A DNA stretch of 64,000 nucleotides from an uncultured Gemmatimonadales bacterium (GCA_963816355.1 CAWFKH010000004.1:96001-160000); one strand, 5' to 3'. Shown: positions 9,668-20,740, numbered from the stretch's first letter. The notes: generated by a model from the sequence alone, not told the origin. Program-made: numbers and translations.

Positions 9668-10338
9668 GGCAGCGTCTTGCGGATCTTGGCCCACGTGGAC
9701 GCCAGGTGAACGAGACGCGACGAGGTCGTGCCGGCGATCGAGCCCTCCGCGAGCGCGCGCAGGAAGTCGCGCGGCTCGTCGTCGAATTCCGGCACCTCGA
9801 CCGCGCCGCGGCCCAGCTCGCGCAGCGTGTGCGCGTCGGAGCCGGCGCCGAGCGGCAGCCCGCGCGCGCGCGCCCACTCGACCGCACGCCGGTTCAGCGA
9901 CGGGTCGTGCAGCCGCGCGTTGAAGCCCTCGACGGCGTCGACCAGGTCCTCGATTTCGCCCAGGATGCGGCCGCCGCCCCCCTTCCCGCCCGCGAACGGA
10001 TGCGGCACGTAGACGACGCCGCCCTGCTCGTGAATCCGCTGGCACGTCTCGCGCGCCGGCGTGCCGCGCGGGATCTTCTCCTCGATGTAGAGTCCGATCA
10101 CATCCACCCGTTCAGCCGTCTTCACTTCCTCGCCGACGATCACACGGTGGGGGAAGCGCGCCTTCAGCGCCAGCGCCGCCGCGATCTCGTCGTGGTCCGT
10201 GATGCAGACGCGGTCCAGGCCGAGCGCGTCCGCCGCCGCGATCAGCGCCTCCGGATCGTTCAGCGAATCGAAGGAGCGCGACGTGTGCGTGTGCATGTCT
10301 ATGCGGAGGCGCCGGCCCGCCGCTCCAGATCCCGCCAT
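9664..10338 (-). CDS. PHP domain metal-dependent phosphoesterase
   Basis: IDMHTHT, ITDHD, PHPF and GSDAH motifs. Confidence 0.9.
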   Translation of the reverse strand: MAGSGAAGRRLRIDMHTHTSRSFDSLNDPEALIAAADALGLDRVCITDHDEIAAALALKARFPHRVIVGEEVKTAERVDVIGLYIEEKIPRGTPARETCQRIHEQGGVVYVPHPFAGGKGGGGRILGEIEDLVDAVEGFNARLHDPSLNRRAVEWARARGLPLGAGSDAHTLRELGRGAVEVPEFDDEPRDFLRALAEGSIAGTTSSRLVHLASTWAKIRKTLP

Positions 10339-10910
10339 ACCCGTTCCGCCTCCCGCTCCAGCGAGGTCAGATCCCCGTCGTTGTCGATGACGACGTCCGC
10401 GCGCGCGCGCTTCGCCGCCGCCGGCGCCTGCGCCGCGATCATGCGGCGCGCCTCCGCCTCCGCGATGCCGCGATCCGCCACCAGTCGCCGCAGCCGCTCC
10501 GGCTCCGGCGCGTCCACCAGCACCACCACGTCCATCGCGGCGTCGAGACCGGTCTCGTAGAGCAGCGGGATCTCGTGTACGACGACGCGCGCGCCCGCCG
10601 CCTCGAGCGCCACCTCCGCCTCCCGCCGCAGCCGCTCGATCTCCGGGTGCAGGATCGACTCCAGCCGGCGCCGCGCCGCGTCGTCCGCGAAGACGCGCGC
10701 CCGCAGCGCGGCCCGGTCCAACGCACCGTCCGGCCCGACTACCTCGCCGCCGAACGCCGCGACGACGCGCCGCAGACTCGGCTCTCCGGGACGCACCGCG
10801 TCGCGCGCCAGCGCGTCCGCCGACACCACCGGCGCGCCCAGCCGCTCCCATACGCGCGCCACGCTCGACTTGCCCCCCGCAATGTTGCCCGTCAGCCCCA
10901 CGCGCAGCAT
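10299..10910 (-). CDS. coaE: Dephospho-CoA kinase
   Basis: MLRVGLTGNIAGGKS, LESILHPEI, EIPLLYE and ADVVIDN motifs. Confidence 0.95.
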   Translation of the reverse strand: MLRVGLTGNIAGGKSSVARVWERLGAPVVSADALARDAVRPGEPSLRRVVAAFGGEVVGPDGALDRAALRARVFADDAARRRLESILHPEIERLRREAEVALEAAGARVVVHEIPLLYETGLDAAMDVVVLVDAPEPERLRRLVADRGIAEAEARRMIAAQAPAAAKRARADVVIDNDGDLTSLEREAERVWRDLERRAGASA

Positions 10911-11548
10911 CACGACGCGTCCCGCGGGCGCAGCAGCCACAGCATCACCCGGCGCCGCAGCCGCAGCAGCGACGCGGTGCCGAGCACGAGCGCGACGAGC
11001 GCGAGCGCCGTCGCCGTGCCGAACCAGTGCACCACCTGCTGCCAGCTCTCCGCCGCGAGGTATCCCGCGGCGATCGACGCGGCGGACCAGCCCACGATGC
11101 CCACGAGGTCGCAGCACAGGAAACGCCCGTACGGGAGCCGGCTCATCCCCGCGAACCACGGCATCAGCGTGCGCACGAAGGAGACGAAGCGCGCGAGCGT
11201 GACGGCGATCGTCGAGTGGCGCTGGAAGAGCAGCGCCGACCGCTGCGCGTAGCGGCCCCACACCCGCCCCAGCCACCCGTCCGGCCGCGCGGCGACACGG
11301 CCCCCCCCAATGCGCCCCAGCAGGTAGCCCGCCTGATCCCCCGTGAAGGCGCCGAACACCGTCGCCATCGCGACGTCGCTCAGCTCGAGCACCCCGCGCT
11401 GCGCCAGCACCGCCCCCAGCAGCACCATCGCCTCCGCCGGCACGATCAGCCCCAGAAAGGCGGCCGTCTCCAGCGCGGTCGCGGCGAAGATCAGCCAGGG
11501 ACCGTACGTGACCAGCAGGACGACGAGAGCGTGGAGGAGTCCGTCCAT
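10910..11548 (-). CDS. DedA family membrane protein
   Basis: ETAAFLGLIVPAE, GDQAGYLLGR and ARFVSFVRTLMPWFAG motifs. Confidence 0.9.
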   Translation of the reverse strand: MDGLLHALVVLLVTYGPWLIFAATALETAAFLGLIVPAEAMVLLGAVLAQRGVLELSDVAMATVFGAFTGDQAGYLLGRIGGGRVAARPDGWLGRVWGRYAQRSALLFQRHSTIAVTLARFVSFVRTLMPWFAGMSRLPYGRFLCCDLVGIVGWSAASIAAGYLAAESWQQVVHWFGTATALALVALVLGTASLLRLRRRVMLWLLRPRDAS

Positions 11549-11608
11549 ACGTCCGGAAGCACGGGATCGGGAAGCACGGGATCGGGCCGGAGGTACCGGC
11601 CCCGTAGA

Positions 11609-12037
11609 CTAGCGGCGCGGCGCGGCCGACACCACATCGTCGCCGGTGCCGCGCTCACCATCCGCTCCGGCCGAGCCGACGCGGATCGAGTCCTGCCGCA
11701 GGAGCAGGAAGTACGGCGCGCCCCACGGGTCCTTCCCTTCCCGCGTCGAGCTCGCGTCCTCCACCACGTACCGCGTGAACTCCCGCGGCGAGGGTAGCGG
11801 CTCGCCCAGCCCGACACGGCGCCGCAGCGTCGCCAGGATGTACTCCTCCTCGTTGCGCGCCGACCAGCGGAACAGCGGCTCCATCGCCCCGTCCACCGCC
11901 GGCCCGAAATACCCGTGCGCCCGCACCAGCGCCGGCACCAGCAGCGGCACCGCCCGCGTACGGAGCGCCGGCACCCCCGCGATCAGCGCCGCGATCACCA
12001 CGAGCGCAACGAGCAGGCGAAGCAGGACGCGGATCAT
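11609..12037 (-). CDS. Hypothetical membrane-anchored protein with GspG-like C-terminal motif
   Basis: N-terminal TM; KDPWGAPY...SAGADGERGTGDD resembles the pseudopilin GspG C-terminus. Confidence 0.6.
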   Translation of the reverse strand: MIRVLLRLLVALVVIAALIAGVPALRTRAVPLLVPALVRAHGYFGPAVDGAMEPLFRWSARNEEEYILATLRRRVGLGEPLPSPREFTRYVVEDASSTREGKDPWGAPYFLLLRQDSIRVGSAGADGERGTGDDVVSAAPRR

Positions 12038-12070
12038 CCGCCGATCCTCCCGTCGATCATTCGCCGGCCC

Positions 12071-12328
12071 TCATGAGCCGCGCCGCATGCGCTCCGCCCA
12101 GCGCACGTAGCGCACCACCTGCTCCGACTGCGGCGCCGCCCCCTCGTCGCCGTACGCCGTGTGCAGCCGCCAATCGAGGTACTCCCGCGGCGGCAGCGGC
12201 AGGAACGGCGGCCGCGCATACCACCGGCGGCGGCGCAGCCGCCACGCCGTGCGGAGCCCCGCCACGTACAGGCGGGGCCGCAGCACGAGCCGGCCGGCGA
12301 GGCTCCAGAAGTTCGGTCCGCGCGACAA
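12071..12328 (-). CDS. Small conserved-looking hypothetical protein
   Basis: PPFLPLPPREYLDWRLHTAYG; co-oriented with the downstream operon. Confidence 0.65.
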   Translation of the reverse strand: MSRGPNFWSLAGRLVLRPRLYVAGLRTAWRLRRRRWYARPPFLPLPPREYLDWRLHTAYGDEGAAPQSEQVVRYVRWAERMRRGS

Positions 12329-12427
12329 GGGGCTGATCGGTTTTCGGTGAAAGTTCGGGTGGGTGCAAAGATAGGGTGTGGGTGGAGGAGTGTAAACGGG
12401 TGGGTTCGGGGGATGGATTGGAGTGGA

Positions 12428-12540
12428 GCGGTCTGCGGTCTGGGGAGGGGGTCTGCGGGGGGTCTGGGGTACAGGGGTCTGGGGGGGTCTGGGGTACGGG
12501 GGTCTGCGGGGGGTCCGGGGTACGGGGGTCTGGGGGCGGT
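12428..12540 (+). repeat. GGGGTCT(G)-rich repeat family member
   Basis: GGTCTGGGGAGGGGGTCTGCGGGGGG..GGGGTACGGGGGTCTG, shared with copies at 35271, 36067, 37500-37660 and 61125-61260. Confidence 0.8.
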
Positions 12541-12892
12541 CGAGGCGTGGCGGGCGGCGCCCTCCGCCGGATCGTGGCGCTCGCCGTTCGGTGCGCGCCG
12601 GTGCGCACGACGGTTCCGCGTGAGGGGACGCTCCGTTCCTTCTGCGGGCCGGAATGCTGATCGACTCGCACGAGCCATGAATCGGCGGTTCGGTGACGCG
12701 AGACGTGAGCGGCGTGAACCACCTGCCGGTATTTCGCGCTGGCGCGAAAAGGCTTGTTTCGTCGTTTCGACCGTGTTACTTCGCGAACCACACCTCGGCC
12801 CGGCCGTTGTCATCCATCCCGACGCGGCCGGGAGAGCGGCGCGGACGGCCTCTGCTCCGCGCCCGTCAACAGCTCAATCCCAGGGAGGACGC

Positions 12893-15841
12893 ATGCTGAA
12901 GCGAGGCTTCTCGTTGTTGGGCATCGTGGCGCTCGCCGCGCTCATGCCCGCCACCCTCGCGGCGCAGACCCGCCGCATCACCGGCCAGGTGGTGCGTTCC
13001 GGGACCAGCGAGCCCGTGTCCGGCGTGGAGATCGCGGTGGTCGGACGGACCGCGGCGACATCCGCGCTGACGGACGCCAACGGCCGGTTCGCGGTGAACG
13101 CCCCGGCCGGAGAGGTGACGATCGCCGCCCGTGCGCTCGGCTACGTGGACGGCCAGGTGGTCGTCGCGGCCGACCAGTCGACGGTCACCATCTCGCTGCG
13201 CTTCAGTCCGTTCGACCTCGACAAGCTCGTCGTGACGGGACAGGCGACGACGGTGTCGCGGCGGGACGCGACGACGGCGATCTCGTACGTGTCCGGTGAC
13301 GAGGTGAGCGGAGTGCCGGCTGCGTCGATGGTGGACGCGCTGAACGGCAGGATCACGGGCGCCAACATCCAGAGCAACTCGGGTGCTCCCGGGGGCGGGC
13401 TGCAGATCCAGATCCGCGGCAACAGCACGATCCTCGGCGGCTTCGACCCGCTCTTCGTGGTCGACGGCGTCATCTACTCGAACGCGTCGATCCCGGGCGG
13501 GCGCGGCCTGGCGAACGCGGAAGCCTCGCCGACGACGGAGGCCGATCCGATCAGCCGCATCGCGGACCTCAATCCGGCCGACATCGAGAGCATCGAGGTG
13601 CTGAAGGGCGCGGCGGCGTCGTCGATCTACGGGTCGAAGGCGGGCAACGGCGTCGTCGTCATCACGACCAAGCGCGGCGAGGCGGGCTCGCCGCACTTCA
13701 CCGTGACGCAGCGCGTCGGCGTCTCCTCGCCGCTCAAGCTGATGGACAGCCGCCGGTGGACGGAGGAGGACGCCGTGGACGTCTACGGCGCCGGCGCTGC
13801 CGCCTTCTTCCAGGGCAGCGGCTCGTCGTTCCACGACCTGGCCAGCATGGTGTACGACAACCGGAAACCTTCCTACGAGACGCTCGCCAGCCTCAGTGGC
13901 GGCAGCGAGAACACGCGCTACTTCATCTCCGGCGACTGGAAGAACGACGAAGGGATCGAACGCAACACGAGCGCGGGCCAGCAGTCGATCCGCGTCAACG
14001 TGGACCACGACTTCGACCCGCGCCTGCACCTGCACGTCTCGACCGCTTACAACCGCGCGCTCAACGACCGCGGGTGGGACAACAACTGCAACAACTTCGG
14101 CTGCATGGGCTACGCGCTCTCCTACATCCCGAGCTTCTTCGACATCACGAAGAGCGCGGACGGCACCTACCCGGAGCCGCTGATCGCGAACATCAACTCG
14201 AACCCGCTGCAGCTCGCCGCGCTCGGCGTGAACCACGAGGAGACGAACCGCTTCACGGGTGGGCTGCGTCTCGACTGGAACGTCTTCGAGGACGAGCGCC
14301 AGAGCTTCCGCGTCACCGTCGGCGGCGGCCTCGACACGTTCGACCAGAACAACCAGGTGTGGGCGCCGAACGAGCTCTTCTTCGAGCAGGTCGCCGCGCT
14401 TCCCGGCGCCGCGGTCGACGGCGACGCGCGCAGCCTCAGCGACGACTGGAACATCAACGGGGTCCACAGCTGGCGGCCCGGCGGCTTCTCGGCGACCACC
14501 TCCTTCGGCATCCAGTACGAGGACCTCAAGCTGCACTCGGCCCAGATCCTCACGCGCAACCTGCTGCCGGGTCAGCGCAACGTGAATCAGGGCACCAACA
14601 TCACACCATCGGAGTCGCTGACGCGCACACGCACGATCGCCCTCTACGGTCAGGAAGAGGTGAACCTCTTCGAGGACCGCCTCAAGCTGCAGGGCGGCCT
14701 GCGCGCCGAGCGCGGCAGCGTGAACGGCGACATCGCCCGCTACTTCATCTACCCGAAGGCCTCGGGCGCGTACCGTTTCAAGGACCTGCTCGGCGCCGGC
14801 AGCGAGATCAAGCTGCGGGCGTCCTACGGCGAGAGCGGCAACCAGCCGCTGTTCGGGCAGAAGTTCACCAACCTGAACACGCCCCAGCTCGGCGGACAGC
14901 AGGGCATCACCGTCTCCACCGCCTCGGGTTTCTCGAACATCGAGCCGGAGCGGCTCAAGGAGATCGAGGTCGGGATGGACGGCTCGGCGCTCAACGACCG
15001 CCTCACCTGGGAGCTGACCGGCTTCCGTCGCAACAGCACGAACCTGCTGCTGCAACGCGTGCCGGCGCCCTCCACGGGGTTCGCGACGCAGCTCTTCAAC
15101 GGCGGCGAAATCCGCAACTCCGGCGTCGAGGCGATGCTCGGCCTCACGCCGCTGCTCACGTCGAGGGGGAGCTGGATCTCCCGCATCTCCTTCACCCGCT
15201 ACACGAACGAGGTCGTCGACCTCGCCGGGTTGCCGCCCTTCTTCCCGCCCCAGTCCGGCTTCGGCAACCTCGGCCGCACCTACATTCAAGAGGGCCGGCC
15301 GGTCACACAGATCATCGGCTTCGACTTTGCCGCCGACGGAACGCGGGCGGACACGCTCAGCCAGCTCGGCAACTCGGCGCCGGACTTCCGCATCGGGTTC
15401 GTCAACGATTTCCGGTACCGCTCGCTGAACCTGAACGTCGTCGTCGACTGGCAGCACGGCGGCGACGTCATCAACCTGACCCGGTTCCTGCAGGACGACG
15501 GCCAGACCTCCCCCGACTGGGGGCAGCCCTCGTGGGAGAAGCGCTACGCGGGATACCTGCACGGCGTGATCCAGCCCTACATCGAGGACGCCAGCTTCGT
15601 GAAGGTCCGCGAAGTCGCGCTGAACGTCGACGTGCCACCGGACCTGATCGACGCCATCCACCTCGGCGCGCGCAGCCTCAAGGTCGGCGTCGCCGGCCGC
15701 AACCTCTTCATGTGGACGGGTTACAGCGGCCTCGATCCCGAAGTCGCGAACTTCGGCAGCGCGTCCGTGCGCAACAACCTCGACATCAGCCCGTATCCGC
15801 CGTCGCGCACCCTCTTCTTCAACGTCACCGTGGGGTTCTGA
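12893..15841 (+). CDS. SusC/RagA family TonB-dependent outer membrane receptor
   Basis: GGGAGG RBS then signal peptide; DPLFVVDGVI, DIESIEVLKGAAASSIYGSKAGNGVVVITTKRG; C-terminal Phe. Confidence 0.95.
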   Translation: MLKRGFSLLGIVALAALMPATLAAQTRRITGQVVRSGTSEPVSGVEIAVVGRTAATSALTDANGRFAVNAPAGEVTIAARALGYVDGQVVVAADQSTVTISLRFSPFDLDKLVVTGQATTVSRRDATTAISYVSGDEVSGVPAASMVDALNGRITGANIQSNSGAPGGGLQIQIRGNSTILGGFDPLFVVDGVIYSNASIPGGRGLANAEASPTTEADPISRIADLNPADIESIEVLKGAAASSIYGSKAGNGVVVITTKRGEAGSPHFTVTQRVGVSSPLKLMDSRRWTEEDAVDVYGAGAAAFFQGSGSSFHDLASMVYDNRKPSYETLASLSGGSENTRYFISGDWKNDEGIERNTSAGQQSIRVNVDHDFDPRLHLHVSTAYNRALNDRGWDNNCNNFGCMGYALSYIPSFFDITKSADGTYPEPLIANINSNPLQLAALGVNHEETNRFTGGLRLDWNVFEDERQSFRVTVGGGLDTFDQNNQVWAPNELFFEQVAALPGAAVDGDARSLSDDWNINGVHSWRPGGFSATTSFGIQYEDLKLHSAQILTRNLLPGQRNVNQGTNITPSESLTRTRTIALYGQEEVNLFEDRLKLQGGLRAERGSVNGDIARYFIYPKASGAYRFKDLLGAGSEIKLRASYGESGNQPLFGQKFTNLNTPQLGGQQGITVSTASGFSNIEPERLKEIEVGMDGSALNDRLTWELTGFRRNSTNLLLQRVPAPSTGFATQLFNGGEIRNSGVEAMLGLTPLLTSRGSWISRISFTRYTNEVVDLAGLPPFFPPQSGFGNLGRTYIQEGRPVTQIIGFDFAADGTRADTLSQLGNSAPDFRIGFVNDFRYRSLNLNVVVDWQHGGDVINLTRFLQDDGQTSPDWGQPSWEKRYAGYLHGVIQPYIEDASFVKVREVALNVDVPPDLIDAIHLGARSLKVGVAGRNLFMWTGYSGLDPEVANFGSASVRNNLDISPYPPSRTLFFNVTVGF

Positions 15842-15842
15842 C

Positions 15843-17294
15843 ATGACCACGACGATAAGGACCGCCAGCACCGCGCGCAGATGGGCGACGCGCCTCGGCG
15901 TCACGCTCGCCAGCGCCCTCGCCCTCGCCGCCTGCAACCTCGACATCGTCAACACCAACGCGCCGACCGTCGAGGAGCTCACCGGCTCGCCCACGCGCGA
16001 CGTCCTCGCGCGCGCCGCCAACGGGATCTTCTCCCAGACCTACAACGACCTCGCCAACGAGATCCAGTTCTACGCCCTCTACGGCCGTGAGGGCTACAAC
16101 CTCCTGGGCAACGATCCGCGCGAGACCGGCGAGCAGATCCGCGGACCCCAGGACCCCACGGGCCGCAACTCCGGCATCTGGATCGGGCAGTACGCCGCGA
16201 TCCGCACCATCGACGCCTACCTCGCGGCGCTGCCCAAGGCGACCGGGCTCAACGACGCCGAGCGGCGCGCCGCCAGCGGCTTCGCCAACACCATGAAGGC
16301 GTGGCACCTCTACCGCCTGGCGATCCGCACCGGCGCGCTCGGCATACCGATCGACGTGGACCGGCCGATCGACGCCGACCCCGCCCCCTTCGTCTCCTTC
16401 CCCGACGCGCTGAAAGCCGCCTCAGACCTCATGGACCAGGCCTACGGCGACCTGCAGGCCGGCGGCTCCAGCTTCCCCTTCACCGTGCCGCCCGGCTACG
16501 ACGGCTTCGACGCACCGGCCTCCTTCGCGCGCTTCAATCGTGCGCTGGCGACGAAGATCCTCGTCCACCGCGCCACGTTCGTGGACTGCACCGCCTGCTG
16601 GACGGACGCGAGCACCACGCTTGCCGCATCCTTCGTCACCGACGCGGACCTGCCCGCTTCCCTCGCCACCGGCGTCTACTACGCCTATTCGACGGCGTCC
16701 GGCGAGCCGAACAATCCGATCTCGGAGCCGACCTCCAGCAACCATCTCTGGGTCCACCCCTCCATCGTGAGCGGGGCCCAGCTACGCGCGAACGGAGAGC
16801 CGGACCTGCGCCTCACCGAGAAGGTGCTGGACGTGGGGCGGACCCGTGAGCTCAACGACCTGTCCAGCTCCTACAAGCCGATCCTATTCAACAACCCGAA
16901 CGATCCCGCGCAGGCCGACCTCGGCGCACCGATCCCCTGGATCACCAACGAAGAGCTGCTTCTCCTGCGCGCGGAGATCCGCTGGAACACCGGCGATAAA
17001 ACAGGCGCGATCGAGGACATCGACCGGATCCGCGAGTTCGCCGGCGGTCTCCCGGCGACGTCGCTCACCGCCGCCAGCCCCGACGGCGACTTCGTCACCG
17101 AGCTGCTCTACAACCGGCTCTATTCGCTGCTCTGGAGCCAGGGCACGCGCTGGCTCGACGCACGTCGCTACGACCGCCTCGACCAGCTCCCGATCGACCG
17201 CGTCGGAGACAGCGTGTTCGAGAACATGATCATCCCGGCGAACGAATGCGCGGCGCGCCGGCTGCCGTCGCCGTGCACCCCGCTCAGCGGGTGA
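15843..17294 (+). CDS. SusD/RagB family lipoprotein
   Basis: Lipobox LAAC; ELLLLRAEI and GTRWLDARR motifs; directly follows SusC. Confidence 0.9.
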   Translation: MTTTIRTASTARRWATRLGVTLASALALAACNLDIVNTNAPTVEELTGSPTRDVLARAANGIFSQTYNDLANEIQFYALYGREGYNLLGNDPRETGEQIRGPQDPTGRNSGIWIGQYAAIRTIDAYLAALPKATGLNDAERRAASGFANTMKAWHLYRLAIRTGALGIPIDVDRPIDADPAPFVSFPDALKAASDLMDQAYGDLQAGGSSFPFTVPPGYDGFDAPASFARFNRALATKILVHRATFVDCTACWTDASTTLAASFVTDADLPASLATGVYYAYSTASGEPNNPISEPTSSNHLWVHPSIVSGAQLRANGEPDLRLTEKVLDVGRTRELNDLSSSYKPILFNNPNDPAQADLGAPIPWITNEELLLLRAEIRWNTGDKTGAIEDIDRIREFAGGLPATSLTAASPDGDFVTELLYNRLYSLLWSQGTRWLDARRYDRLDQLPIDRVGDSVFENMIIPANECAARRLPSPCTPLSG

Positions 17295-17411
17295 GGCGAG
17301 ACGAGGTGAAGTGAGGCGGCCGCCAGGGCATCGAGGCCGCCGCTCATGATGGGAACGCCCCGCCGGCGAGCGCGCCGGTGGGGCGTTCCTGTCTGGCCGG
17401 TTCGGGGGGCC

Positions 17412-17500
17412 GCCCCGCGGGTCGGGGATCCTGGGTGTGCCGCGCGGGTCGGGAACCCTGGGTCCGCCGCGCGGGTCGGGGACCCTGGGTCCGCCGCGCG
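17412..17500 (+). repeat. ~24-bp tandem repeat x3 (CCGCGCGGGTCGGGGACCCTGGGT)
   Basis: Read directly in the convergent intergenic spacer. Confidence 0.75.
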
Positions 17501-17752
17501 GCGTCCCGGCGGCGGGCTCGTCGCGACGCAGAACGGGCTCACGGCGGGCAGCGGCGGGACGACAGTCCCGGATTTGCCGGAGACAACCTTACCAGAGGTG
17601 AGGCCGCCCCGGCCCTTGTGGAGCCTTTGCTGCGTTGTGCGACGTCAATGCGCCCTTCTTCGCGGCGTCCCGCCCTGGAGCGGGAGCGTTTGCCCCGCTA
17701 TGCGGGGGCAATCCTCCCCCGACCCCCGCCGGGCGCAACGTGTGGTAGCCTT

Positions 17753-17802
17753 CGCCTCGCCCGCCTCGCCCGCCTCGCCCGCCTCGCCCGCCTCGCCCGC
17801 CG
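17753..17802 (+). repeat. 9-bp tandem repeat x5 (CGCCTCGCC)
   Basis: Read directly. Confidence 0.8.
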
Positions 17803-17894
17803 GCCTTCCCGGCCTCGCCCGCCCGCCCGCCTCGCCCAGCCGGTCGCCGCTTGCTCCCCTGGCCCGCCGCCGCCCGCCTCGGCGCCCGCCCACT

Positions 17895-20393
17895 CTACTC
17901 GTAGCGCAGCGCCTGCATCGGGTGCACCCTCGAGGCACGCAGCGCGGGCGCGAGTGCGCCGGCGAAGACGACGACGCCGAGAAGCGCCGCCGCGGCGAGG
18001 AACACGCCGGGGTCGCGCGCGTGCATGTGGTAGAGGAGCGACTCGGCGTAGCGGCCGATCACGAGCGCGGCGCCGACGCCGATCGCCGCGCCCACGAGCG
18101 CCATCCCCAGCACCTGCCGCAGCACGAGCCGGCGCAGGCGCCGGGCGTCGGCGCCGAGCGCCATGCGGACGCCGAACTCGCGCATGCGCTGCGCCACGGT
18201 ATAGGCGAGCACGCCGTAGAGTCCGATGGCGGCGAGGAGCGTGGCGAGCGCCGCGAAGGCAGCGCCCAGCGTGGTGATCAGCCGGTCCAGCACGATGTTC
18301 TCGTCCACCTGCTGCGGCATCGTCTTGAGCGCTTCCACCGGCAGGTTCGGATCCGCCGCCGCGACCGCGGCGCGGATCGCGCGCGCGACCTGCGCCGTCG
18401 GCAACGACGAGCGCACGTAGAAGGTGAGCGCGCCGAGCGTGGAGTCCTGGGCGTACGGCGTGAAGTACTGCGCCGGCACGGGATCCTTCACCTCGGAGTA
18501 TTTCGCGTCCCGCACGACGCCCACGATCCGGATGCCGAGCGTGTCCGTCGCGCCTCGCGCCATGAACGCGCCGACGGCGCCGCCGCCGAGGCCGAACTTG
18601 CGGACGAACGCCTCGTTGACCACGGCGACGGGGGGCGCACCCGCGACGTCGCCCCGGGTGAACTCGCGGCCGCCGAGGAGCGGCTCGCCGAGCGTGCGAA
18701 AGTAGTCGGCGCCCACCTCGTTGAGGGACGCGTTCGCGTCGACGTCCGGGCCGCCCACGAAGCCCTGCACGGAGACGTTGTTCGTCGTGTTGTCGCTGGC
18801 CAGGAGAGGCACCGCCGACGCCGCGACGGCGCGCACCCCCGGCGCCGCGCGCAGATCCCGTTCGATCCGCTGGAAGAGCGCGCGGCTGCGGCCGGCGTCG
18901 TATCCGTTCCGTTCGGGCGACACGCCGAACGTCACGACGTCCTCGACGCGCACGCCGAGGTCGACGCGGCTGACGTTCACGAGGCTGCGGATGAACAGGC
19001 CGGCGGAGATGAGCAGCGCCATCGAGAGACCGATCTGCGCGGTCACGAGGATGGTGCGGAAACGCGCCGCGGCGCGGCCGCCGCCCACCTGCCCGGTCGC
19101 GTCGCGGATCACGCGGATGAGGTCTGGCCGCGTCGCGTGCAGCGCCGGGAAGAGGCCGAAGAGGAAGCCGGTCGCGAGCGCCACGACCGCGGCCAGGACG
19201 ATCGCCGCGGGCTGCAGCCCGAGGTGCAGCGCCTCGACGGTGTCGCGCGGGAGGATCGCGGCGATCCCGGAAAGCGTCCACGACGCGACGAGCAGGCTCG
19301 CCACCCCGCCCAGCGCGGCGAGAAGCAGCGACTCCGTCAGAAGCTGCCGCATGATGCGCCCCCGATTTGCGCCGAGCGACAGCCGCACCGCCATCTCCAC
19401 TCCGCGCGTCGTACCGCGAGCCAGCAGCAGATTCGCGATGTTGGCGCACGCGATCAGGAGCACGAACGCGGTGATCGCGAGGAGCAGCAGCATCGGCGTC
19501 CTCACCTCGCCGCGCATGCGGCTCTGCCCCTGCCCGCCCGGCTCGACGCTCAACTGCATCGACCGGAACCGCGTCATCGTCTGCTCGCTCATGCCCCGCA
19601 GCTCCGGCGCCTCCACCTCCCGGATCGCGCGCCCGTAGATCGTGTTCAGCGCCGCCCGCGCCTGCGCCAGGCGCACCCCAGGCTTCAGCCGCCCGAACAG
19701 ATAGATCCAGTAGTTGCGACGGCTCTCGAAACTGCCGAACTGCGGGCTCACCTGCGCCATCATCGTGATCGGCACGAAGACGTCCGCGCTCGTGCCGAGC
19801 GTCGTGCCGTGGAAGCCGCGCGGGGCCACGCCCACGATCGTGAACGGCTGTCCGTTGACGATCAGCGTCCGCTGCAGCACCTCCGGATCCGCGCCCAGCC
19901 GCGTCCGCCAGTACGAGTCGCTCAGCACCGCCACCGGATGCGCGCCGAACGCGTCGTCGTCCGCCGGTCCCAGCAGCCGGCCGAGCCCCGGCCTCAGCCC
20001 CAGCACCGGGAAGTACGAGCCCGACACCGCCACCGCCCTGCCGCTCGCGGTGTTCCCCTGCACGGCGAGGTTCGCGCCGAAGCTGCGGTACGCGGCGAGA
20101 CCGCTCAGCACCTTCTGCTCGCGCTGCAGGTCGCGGTACATGGCGTAGCTGAACACCTCGTCCGAGCCGCCCGCGTCGTCGGCCGAAAGGCGGCCCATCT
20201 TCGGGCCCGGATCCCCCAGGTTCACCAGCCGGCCCGGGTCCGCGACGGGCAGCGGCGCCCGCACGAGCTGGTCGAAGAGCGAGTAGATCCCAGCGTTCGC
20301 CCCGATGCCGAGCGCCAGCGAGAGCACCGCGACCGCCGTCACCAGCGGCGTGCGCAGGAGCGTACGGAACGCGTATCGCAGATCGTGCATCAT
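17895..20393 (-). CDS. Duplicated MacB/FtsX-type ABC permease (ADOP-like orphan permease)
   Basis: HDLRYAFRTL, LALGIGAN, LLIACANIANLLLAR, REFGVRMALGA and PMQALRYE; two FtsX repeats. Confidence 0.93.
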   Translation of the reverse strand: MMHDLRYAFRTLLRTPLVTAVAVLSLALGIGANAGIYSLFDQLVRAPLPVADPGRLVNLGDPGPKMGRLSADDAGGSDEVFSYAMYRDLQREQKVLSGLAAYRSFGANLAVQGNTASGRAVAVSGSYFPVLGLRPGLGRLLGPADDDAFGAHPVAVLSDSYWRTRLGADPEVLQRTLIVNGQPFTIVGVAPRGFHGTTLGTSADVFVPITMMAQVSPQFGSFESRRNYWIYLFGRLKPGVRLAQARAALNTIYGRAIREVEAPELRGMSEQTMTRFRSMQLSVEPGGQGQSRMRGEVRTPMLLLLAITAFVLLIACANIANLLLARGTTRGVEMAVRLSLGANRGRIMRQLLTESLLLAALGGVASLLVASWTLSGIAAILPRDTVEALHLGLQPAAIVLAAVVALATGFLFGLFPALHATRPDLIRVIRDATGQVGGGRAAARFRTILVTAQIGLSMALLISAGLFIRSLVNVSRVDLGVRVEDVVTFGVSPERNGYDAGRSRALFQRIERDLRAAPGVRAVAASAVPLLASDNTTNNVSVQGFVGGPDVDANASLNEVGADYFRTLGEPLLGGREFTRGDVAGAPPVAVVNEAFVRKFGLGGGAVGAFMARGATDTLGIRIVGVVRDAKYSEVKDPVPAQYFTPYAQDSTLGALTFYVRSSLPTAQVARAIRAAVAAADPNLPVEALKTMPQQVDENIVLDRLITTLGAAFAALATLLAAIGLYGVLAYTVAQRMREFGVRMALGADARRLRRLVLRQVLGMALVGAAIGVGAALVIGRYAESLLYHMHARDPGVFLAAAALLGVVVFAGALAPALRASRVHPMQALRYE

Positions 20394-20740
20394 CGTCGTG
20401 GATCGTCGAAGGGGTTCGTGGTCGGCGCCTTCAGCGTCGTTTCAACCGCGTCGGGGCAGGAAAGATCCATCGCGCTTCGGCGGGACCGCCCCGTCCGGAC
20501 GGCGCTCGCGGACGAACGTGCGCGGCGGAGCGAAGGGCATGCGCGGCGGAGCGAAGGGCGTGCGCGGCGCGCGTCCGCCAGGTGGCCCCTGTGCCTCGGC
20601 GGGCCCACCCCGCGCGGGCGCTGCTCGCGGGTGCGAGCGTCCGCGAAGGATCCAACGCCCGCGTCGCGGGTAATATCGTCTTCCTGCCCCACTCTCGAAT
20701 GCCCCCGCGTGGTTCGATCCTCTGGCGCAACGGAGACGTC

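Noticed and set aside
20705..20730. GGTTCGATCC resembling a tRNA T-loop or integration site
   Set aside because: No T-stem, acceptor stem or cloverleaf can be built around it.
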